From positions 1-32,887 of the forward strand of contig CAYWLF010000002.1 of the NCBI GenBank assembly GCA_964458875.1: a DNA stretch of 32,887 nt, read 5' to 3'. The DNA is from an uncultured Gemmatimonadota bacterium. GTDB lineage: Bacteria; Gemmatimonadota; Gemmatimonadetes; Palauibacterales; Palauibacteraceae. Made by a program: the position numbers and the translations under genes. Under the pieces are notes generated by a model. It was not told the DNA's origin. It saw nothing but the letters and a program-made list of their open reading frames with translations, and did not search any database. Positions 27,218-32,887 of this stretch are shown here, piece by piece; the first letter of the stretch is position 1, and every line of letters begins with the position of its first letter.

Positions 27218-27282
27218 AGAGAGGCGGGATAGCCCCACCCCGCCTCTCTGAACTTGCCACCGCAGCGGGCCAGTCGGCCCGC
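27218..27282. terminator. Two GC-rich hairpins in the convergent tatA / ppiD-like gap (candidate bidirectional terminator region)
   Basis: Hairpin 1: AGAGAGGCGGG (27218-27228) pairs with CCCGCCTCTCT (27239-27249) around a 10-nt loop. Hairpin 2: GCGGGCC (27265-27271), loop AGTC, GGCCCGC (27276-27282), followed by CTTCATT. Confidence 0.5.
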
Positions 27283-27297
27283 CTTCATTGGCCTCGC

Positions 27298-29124
27298 CTA
27301 CAGACCCGCTGCTGCAGCCCGCTGATTCAGCCTGTCCCGACGATCCACGATGGTCGCTGTTTCGCGGAGACCCGTGATCCACCGAGTCACGTTCGTCTGA
27401 GCCGCCTGCATCTGCATCTGCGACCTGAGCTGCTCGCGCACCGCGACGAACAACTCGGGGTTCGCCTCGGTGCGGTCGTCCACTCGCAGGAAAACGACAG
27501 CGCCCCCGGCGTCGAGGGGGCCGGCGGTCTCGCCCGGGGGAGCTGCGAACGCGGCTCCGACGGCTTCGGTATTTCGCCCGAGTCCGGCCGCGAACTGCCG
27601 TCGGGTGAAGGGTCCCGCGGCGCCGATGGTCCAACCCAGTCCGGCTGCCGCGTCCTCGAGTGACGCTCCCGCCTCAACGGTGGACCACTGGCTCCGCGCT
27701 GCCTCGAGCGCGGCCTCGTGGCGTCTCTCTCGTGCCAGAGTCTCCCGAATCTGGTCGCGGACCTCATCGAAGCCGAAAGTGCCTCCCGGAACGCGTCCGA
27801 AGACTTCCACCATGTGATAGCCCGCGGCGTTCTGGAAGAACTCGCTCACTTCTTCGAACGGTGTAAGCGGGTCCAGGGCCCAGTCCACCGCGACCCCCAG
27901 CGCACCGGCGCCCGGGACGAAGTCGAAGCCCTCAGTGACCGTGACGTTGGCAGCGATCGGTACGCCAACCGAGTCGGCGGCCGCGGCAATCCCGTCGATC
28001 AGTGCCACACCCTCGAACTCGTCCATGAGGTCGAACATCTCGTCCTCCCCGTCGGGTGACAGCTCGATCGGGAGGAGGATGTGCGAGACGGCCACCGTGT
28101 CTCCAGAGCGATCCGTGACCTGCAGGATGTGCAGTCCCTGCGGAGATGACACCGCTTCCGCGACGTCGCCGACGGCCAGGCCGGTCGTGGCTTCCTCGAA
28201 GGCCGGCAGAAGCTGCCCCGGAGTGAATCTGCCAAGCTGTCCGCCCGATGCGCTCGTACTGGCGTCAGCCGAGGACTGGGCCGCGGCCTCTTCGAACGTC
28301 ATCGAGCCATCCAGTATCGAAGCGCGCAGTGTGTCGGCGAAGGCCTGCACGTACAGCGTATCCCGCGCCCCCGGCGTCGTCGCGAAACTCACGATGCTGA
28401 TCGTCGCTGTGGCCGGTCTTTCGAAGTCTTCGGTATGATCCCCGTAATACGCACGCAGCTCAGATTCCGGGATATCGACCTCGAGGTTCGAGCTCGGGGG
28501 AACCGTCGCGAACGTGACTGTGGCCGCCTCGTTTCGATCCCTGAATTCCTGCCAGAGTTCGGCGTCGCTGACCGCTCCGCCCTGCTGCAGCATCTGGCTC
28601 AGTCGCGCCCGCGGCAGCGTCTGTCGGTAGTAGGACTCGATCTGCAGCAGGACCTGCTCGTCGACCGTCGGATCCGAGAAGAACTGCTGGTACTTGGCGT
28701 AGTCGAACACGCCGTCCGTCATGAACGCCGGATAGCGCATCAGGTCCGGCGGCGGTGAGAGCCGAAATGCCTGCTGCACCTCCGCATTCGTCACCTTGAT
28801 CCCGAGCCTGTCGATCTCTTGCTGGATCAGCACGTCCTGGATCAGCTGGTCCCACGCCACGAGTTCGACCTGCCGGGTCTCCTCGTCGGTCATCACGGCG
28901 CCACCGCTCGCAGCCCGCGCGTTGTTCAGGGCCAGTTCGAGCGTGTTGCTCCACTGCACGTATCTGATCTCCTGCCCGTTTACGACGGCGATCACCGGGT
29001 TGGCCCCGGAAGCCGCCTGCGTGTCCCGGCTGTTGACCCAGTCGAGTACGAGCCAGGCCGCGAACGCGACGGCCAGAAAGACCATGATCCACTTCGTGTT
29101 CGCCCGAATCGAGCGCATCATCAT
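27298..29124 (-). CDS. ppiD: PpiD-like periplasmic chaperone / parvulin-type peptidyl-prolyl isomerase
   Basis: GAAGGAG RBS and N-terminal TM anchor (KWIMVFLAVAFAAWLVL). SurA-N-like domain (VIAVVNGQEIRYVQW). PpiC rotamase segment (GGQLGRFTPGQLLPAFEEATTGLAVGDVAEAVSSPQGLHILQV). Confidence 0.82.
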   Translation of the reverse strand: MMMRSIRANTKWIMVFLAVAFAAWLVLDWVNSRDTQAASGANPVIAVVNGQEIRYVQWSNTLELALNNARAASGGAVMTDEETRQVELVAWDQLIQDVLIQQEIDRLGIKVTNAEVQQAFRLSPPPDLMRYPAFMTDGVFDYAKYQQFFSDPTVDEQVLLQIESYYRQTLPRARLSQMLQQGGAVSDAELWQEFRDRNEAATVTFATVPPSSNLEVDIPESELRAYYGDHTEDFERPATATISIVSFATTPGARDTLYVQAFADTLRASILDGSMTFEEAAAQSSADASTSASGGQLGRFTPGQLLPAFEEATTGLAVGDVAEAVSSPQGLHILQVTDRSGDTVAVSHILLPIELSPDGEDEMFDLMDEFEGVALIDGIAAAADSVGVPIAANVTVTEGFDFVPGAGALGVAVDWALDPLTPFEEVSEFFQNAAGYHMVEVFGRVPGGTFGFDEVRDQIRETLARERRHEAALEAARSQWSTVEAGASLEDAAAGLGWTIGAAGPFTRRQFAAGLGRNTEAVGAAFAAPPGETAGPLDAGGAVVFLRVDDRTEANPELFVAVREQLRSQMQMQAAQTNVTRWITGLRETATIVDRRDRLNQRAAAAGL

Positions 29125-29377
29125 ACGACTACCGACTCCTTCTGTGTCCTGAACCCAGGAACGCGATCCGACATTATCCGGTACGGGCCACGAGGGCCCC
29201 GATCATCTGCCTTTCCGTCACAAATGGAAGCAGCAAAACCTATTCCGACTTGCGGGGGCAGGCAACACGAACGGCCTCCGTGCTCGTTGACACTGGTGAA
29301 CGCCAGCCGGTAACTTCTTCGCGTTCCCGGGCCAGACGACCGATCCCAATTTTCGCGCGACGCACGCAGAAGGCACA

Positions 29378-30646
29378 ATGGGCCCCGATTCTCCGACCAG
29401 CGACGAAATCCGGCGCTTCGAAGAGCAGGTTCGAGATCAGCCAGAGAGTCTCGTCTTCGCTCGCCTTGCCGATGCCTACCGTAAGGCGGGACAACCCGAG
29501 AGAGCGCTCGCCGTGCTCGAAGACGGCCTGTACCGCCACCCCAACTACCCGAGCGGGCACATCGTCAGGGCTCGGGCGCTGCGGGACATGGGGAGAGTGG
29601 ACGAGACTCTCGAGGCCTTTGGACGGGTGCTTGAGCTGGACGGAGCGAATCTCGTCGCGATCCGAGAGTTGGCCGGCATGGCTGACGAGCGTGGGGATGT
29701 CGGCGAAGCGCGCCACTGGTATGAGCGTTTGAGCCAGGTGGATCCCACGAACATCGAGGTGCGCCAGCGGCTGAGGGAACTGGAGACAGGGTCCGCCGAG
29801 TCGAACGGGGCCGCACCTGTCGACAGCGACGTTGAGGCAGAGGGCCCGGAGACCTGGTGGGACGATTCAGCGGTGAGCCTCCCGGTTGACGGGCTGGTCG
29901 TGGACCCGGAGTGGGAAGCCGCATCGGAGACAGGTGACCTCGTTACTCCGAAAGACCAGGAGCGACCGGAGGACGGCGTGGTCGAGGCCATACTGAACGG
30001 TGCCGTACCCCAGACGGCACGGGCAGAGGACACCTGGTGGTATGAAGAGGAGCCGGACGGGGCAGAGCCCGAGCCGTCAAAGGACGCTGATCTTCTGACG
30101 CGCACGATGGCCGACCTGTACGCAGAGCAGGGACTCCACCGCGAGGCTGCCGAGATCTACGAGGAGTTGCTGAAGGACTCACCGGGTGACCCGGACCTCC
30201 TGGCCCGACTCGAGTCTGTGCGGGAGAAGGGGAAGGAAGTGCCGGTGGCCCCCGTCATCGACAGCGGGATGCAACATGAGGAGGCGGTCGGGGCTCCGGA
30301 GGAAATTGAGTTCCCGGGTGCGTCCGATCTGTCTGATGCGGTCGAGGATCCTGTGCCCCTCGGGCGACCGGTGGGGACGCCCTGGACCGATGAAATTCAC
30401 CGATTGCTTCGCATGGGCGAAGAACGAGCGGGAGCGTTACCCGACCCTGAGTCGCTCGATCGGTCAGAGCCGGCGGCGTCCGCGGAGGATTCGCTCGCTG
30501 GCGTCGGACACTCCCCGGTTACCGGTGACGCCGGAACCGGGGAGGCGGCGGATCAAGAAGAAAGCGCGCCGGGGGCGTCCCCGGAACACGACCGGCCGAG
30601 CCGCCTGGCTCGTGATTGGATTCAAGGGTTGGAGACGGACGGATGA
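29378..30646 (+). CDS. Acidic TPR-repeat protein of unknown function
   Basis: 422 aa. N-terminal TPRs (LADAYRKAGQPERALAVLEDGLYRHPNY...), a long D/E/P-rich region and an isolated TPR-like unit (MADLYAEQGLHREAAEIYEELLKDSPGDPD). The stop overlaps the aroQ start (ATGA). Confidence 0.75.
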   Translation: MGPDSPTSDEIRRFEEQVRDQPESLVFARLADAYRKAGQPERALAVLEDGLYRHPNYPSGHIVRARALRDMGRVDETLEAFGRVLELDGANLVAIRELAGMADERGDVGEARHWYERLSQVDPTNIEVRQRLRELETGSAESNGAAPVDSDVEAEGPETWWDDSAVSLPVDGLVVDPEWEAASETGDLVTPKDQERPEDGVVEAILNGAVPQTARAEDTWWYEEEPDGAEPEPSKDADLLTRTMADLYAEQGLHREAAEIYEELLKDSPGDPDLLARLESVREKGKEVPVAPVIDSGMQHEEAVGAPEEIEFPGASDLSDAVEDPVPLGRPVGTPWTDEIHRLLRMGEERAGALPDPESLDRSEPAASAEDSLAGVGHSPVTGDAGTGEAADQEESAPGASPEHDRPSRLARDWIQGLETDG

Positions 30647-31098
30647 CGGGCCCGGACCTTTCGGTAGGGGTCCTGAACGGCCCCAACCTGGATCTCCTCG
30701 GTACACGGGAGCCGCAGCTCTACGGGGACGAGGGGCTCGATGGAATCCTGGCCGCGCTTGAGTCACTGGGGCAGGAGCTTGGCGCCCGGGTCACATCCGT
30801 TCAATCCAACCACGAGGGCGTGCTGGCCGACTGGATCCGTGACATCGGCTCGCAACAGGACGGAATTCTGGTCAACGCGGCCGCCTACACGCACACGAGT
30901 GTAGCGGTTCGCGATGCCCTCCTGGCCGCGGGCGTGCCGTTCGTGGAGGTCCACCTGACGAACGTCTGGGCGCGCGAGAGTTTCCGGCATCACTCGCTTC
31001 TCTCGGACATCGCTCTAGGCGTGGTCAGCGGTTTCGGCCTGGACAGTTACTTGCTGGGAATGAGGGCCCTCGCCGCACACCTCCGTCCGGGCGCGTGA
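30643..31098 (+). CDS. aroQ: Type II 3-dehydroquinate dehydratase
   Basis: ATG at 30643. Motifs VLNGPNLDLLGTREPQLYG, NAAAYTHTSVA and HLTNVWARESFRHHS. Confidence 0.92.
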   Translation: MTGPDLSVGVLNGPNLDLLGTREPQLYGDEGLDGILAALESLGQELGARVTSVQSNHEGVLADWIRDIGSQQDGILVNAAAYTHTSVAVRDALLAAGVPFVEVHLTNVWARESFRHHSLLSDIALGVVSGFGLDSYLLGMRALAAHLRPGA

Positions 31099-32195
31099 AG
31101 CCTGCCGAAGCCTGCGATGCCCGTGGGCTGAGGCTGCGCCAGGTCCGGGATCGCCTGCAGGAATCGCGACTCGAGGCGCTCCTCGTCAGCCATCTCCCCA
31201 ACATCCGCTGGCTCACGGGCTTTACCGGCTCATCGGCCTTCCTCCTGGTCGAGCCTGGCTCGGCCACGCTGATGACGGATTTTCGGTATAAGGCGCAGGC
31301 CTTCGAAGAGGTAGGCGATGGCGTATCGGTCCGTATCACGGATTCGGACCTGTTCGCCGAGGTGGCGCGCTGCCTGGAGGAAGGGGCCTCTGGTCCGAGG
31401 GTCGGCTTCGAGGAGCACAGCCTCACCGTCCGGGATCGCCGAGCGCTCGGCGAATCCTCCGGCGCCGTGATCTGGGAACCCGCCGGACCCATGGTGGGAG
31501 AGATGCGCTCGACCAAGGACTCCGTGGAAATCGACGCGATCTCCAGGGCCGTGCGAGTCGCCGAGTCAGCGCTGGAGGATCTACTGGGTACGGTTCGCGA
31601 GGGTGTCTCGGAGAGAGACCTGGCCGCGGAGCTGGTGTACCGACTCCGTTTGGCCGGTTCGGAGTCCATGCCGTTCGAGCCTATCGTTGCGTCTGGACCG
31701 CGCAGTGCCCTGCCACATGCCCAGCCCGGCGAGAGGACCCTGCGCGAAGGCGACCTGCTGCTCGTCGACTTCGGGGCCCGGATCGAAGGCTATTGCTCGG
31801 ACATGACTCGCACGTTCGTGCTCGGTTCGGCGGCCGCCTGGCAGGTGGAGATCCACGGGATCGTCACCCGAGCGGTAGAGAACGCGATCGCGACCACCGA
31901 GGCGGGAGTCTTGGCGAAAGATGCGGACCGGGCTGCGCGGGACGTGATCGTCGAGGCCGGCTTCGGAGACCGTTTCGGTCACGGAACGGGCCACGGCGTC
32001 GGGCTGGAGGTTCACGAGCGGCCGAGCGTCAATGAGCGTTCTCGCGACACACTGGAGTCCGGCAACGTGGTCACGATCGAGCCCGCGGTGTATCTTCCGG
32101 GCCGAGGCGGTGTGCGGCTGGAGGAGGTCGTAGTGGCAAGAGAGGGCGGTCGCAGTGTGCTTACCCGGTTTCCACTTGCTTTGAGGGAACTCTGA
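31095..32195 (+). CDS. pepP: Xaa-Pro aminopeptidase/dipeptidase (peptidase M24B)
   Basis: GTG start overlaps the aroQ stop (GTGA). Creatinase-like N-terminal domain and M24 metal ligand motifs (DFGARIEGYCSDMTRTF, GHGTGHGVGLEVHE, VVTIEPAVY). Confidence 0.88.
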   Translation: MKPAEACDARGLRLRQVRDRLQESRLEALLVSHLPNIRWLTGFTGSSAFLLVEPGSATLMTDFRYKAQAFEEVGDGVSVRITDSDLFAEVARCLEEGASGPRVGFEEHSLTVRDRRALGESSGAVIWEPAGPMVGEMRSTKDSVEIDAISRAVRVAESALEDLLGTVREGVSERDLAAELVYRLRLAGSESMPFEPIVASGPRSALPHAQPGERTLREGDLLLVDFGARIEGYCSDMTRTFVLGSAAAWQVEIHGIVTRAVENAIATTEAGVLAKDADRAARDVIVEAGFGDRFGHGTGHGVGLEVHERPSVNERSRDTLESGNVVTIEPAVYLPGRGGVRLEEVVVAREGGRSVLTRFPLALREL

Positions 32196-32265
32196 GAGTG
32201 CGCTGCAGCGGCGAGGCTCTGCGAATAGCCGGCGCCGACAACAAGAACAGTCAATTGGACAGGGC

Positions 32266-32832
32266 ATGGCGGATACATCGAGTTTCAGGAACGGTATGGT
32301 GATCGAGTTGGATGGAACACTCTACCAGATCACCTACTTTCAGCACGTGAAGCCTGGGAAGGGCGGTGCATTCGTACGCACGAAGATCAAATCCGTGCTT
32401 ACGGGCGGAGTGGTGGACAAGACGTTCAGGGCCGGGGAGAAGGTGACGGAGGTTCGCCTCGTGAGGCGGCCGATTCAGTACTCGTATACGGATGGCAGCC
32501 TGTACTACTTCATGGACATGGAGACGTACGAGATGACTCCGCTATCGGCGGACATCGTCGGAGAGGACCAGCTGCCGTATCTCGAGGAGAACATGGAGTG
32601 CGAAGGGCTGACGCGGGACGGTTCCGTGCTGGCCGTGGAGCTTCCGCAGTTCGTCCAGTTGGCGGTCGTCGAGACGGAGCCCGGCCTGAAGGGTGATACG
32701 GCGCAGGGGGCGACCAAGCCGGCGCGGCTCGGTCCCGGTGCCGTCGTACAGGTCCCACTGTTCGTCAACGAAGGCGACGTAATCAAGGTGGACCGAACCA
32801 CTGACAAATACCTCGAGCGGGTGACCCGATGA
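32266..32832 (+). CDS. efp: Translation elongation factor P
   Basis: NGMVIELDGTLYQITYFQHVKPGKGGAFVRTKIKS, including the conserved KPGKG loop lysine. 188 aa. Confidence 0.95.
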   Translation: MADTSSFRNGMVIELDGTLYQITYFQHVKPGKGGAFVRTKIKSVLTGGVVDKTFRAGEKVTEVRLVRRPIQYSYTDGSLYYFMDMETYEMTPLSADIVGEDQLPYLEENMECEGLTRDGSVLAVELPQFVQLAVVETEPGLKGDTAQGATKPARLGPGAVVQVPLFVNEGDVIKVDRTTDKYLERVTR

Positions 32833-32887
32833 TCGACCTCGACTGGATTCGGCGTCTGATCGACATGGTGGACGGGTCGGGGATCGA
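32829..32887 (+). CDS. accB: Acetyl-CoA carboxylase biotin carboxyl carrier protein, 3'-truncated by the window edge
   Basis: ATG overlaps the efp stop (ATGA). MIDLDWIRRLIDMVDGSGI resembles the AccB N-terminus (MDIRKIKKLIELVEESGI in E. coli). efp-accB adjacency is widely conserved. Only 19 codons are visible. Confidence 0.55.
   Translation, partial: MIDLDWIRRLIDMVDGSGI

Noticed and set aside
29121-29716. Short ORFs (85, 158 and 160 aa) in and around the 253-nt divergent ppiD/TPR intergenic region, and the possibility of an ncRNA there
   Set aside because: The ORFs have non-protein-like composition and overlap the real TPR gene start. The gap is adequately explained as a divergent promoter region (a TTGACA-N18-TAACTT candidate near 29284-29313, and the ppiD RBS GAAGGAG at the 29125 side). 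I could not fold it into any recognisable RNA family.
1-32887. Window-wide search by eye for CRISPR repeats, IS or transposon ends, integrase/recombinase genes, tRNA genes, a low-GC island, or defence/toxin gene clusters
   Set aside because: None was seen. The only exact nucleotide repeat noticed is the 18-nt duplication inside the lptD-like gene. Every gap is 253 nt or shorter, and composition looks uniform. A computational repeat scan and a tRNAscan/Infernal run would be needed to make this exhaustive.

Overview
This is a high-GC (roughly two-thirds G+C by eye), very gene-dense chromosomal core region of a diderm bacterium. Gene content and order look Gemmatimonadota-like, but that is inference only. 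I call 31 CDS, 29 of them on the + strand. Many neighbours share 4-nt start/stop overlaps (ATGA/GTGA/TTGA), which supports the frames and suggests translational coupling.

Gene order:
- 5'-truncated TolB-N-like/TPR protein, radC, PD40 beta-propeller lipoprotein, rel (RelA/SpoT)
- a small helical lipoprotein on the - strand
- uvrB-tsaE-tsaB-rimI, ssb, LysM protein
- SDR epimerase followed by a complete Tol-Pal cluster (tolQ-tolR-tolA-like-tolB-pal-cpoB)
- nrdR-tatC-lptD-like, then a 927-aa acidic TPR protein
- polyprenyl synthase, a small DUF4321-like membrane protein, tatA
- a ppiD-like chaperone on the - strand
- a second acidic TPR protein coupled to aroQ-pepP-efp, then the start of accB

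I found no rRNA or tRNA genes, CRISPR arrays, transposases, integrases, phage genes, toxin-antitoxin pairs or recognisable defence genes. There is no low-GC island. The many long antisense or out-of-frame ORFs in the track are stop-codon-poor artefacts of high GC.

I therefore regard this as an ordinary housekeeping and cell-envelope region, not an accessory island. The items most worth a second look are two uncharacterised acidic TPR proteins, a low-complexity insertion carrying a 24-nt tandem duplication inside the LptD-like barrel, some non-canonical operon joins (epimerase/tolQ, uvrB/tsaE, nrdR/tatC/lptD), and a few candidate regulatory motifs. All functional assignments come from motif recognition by eye; no database search was run.
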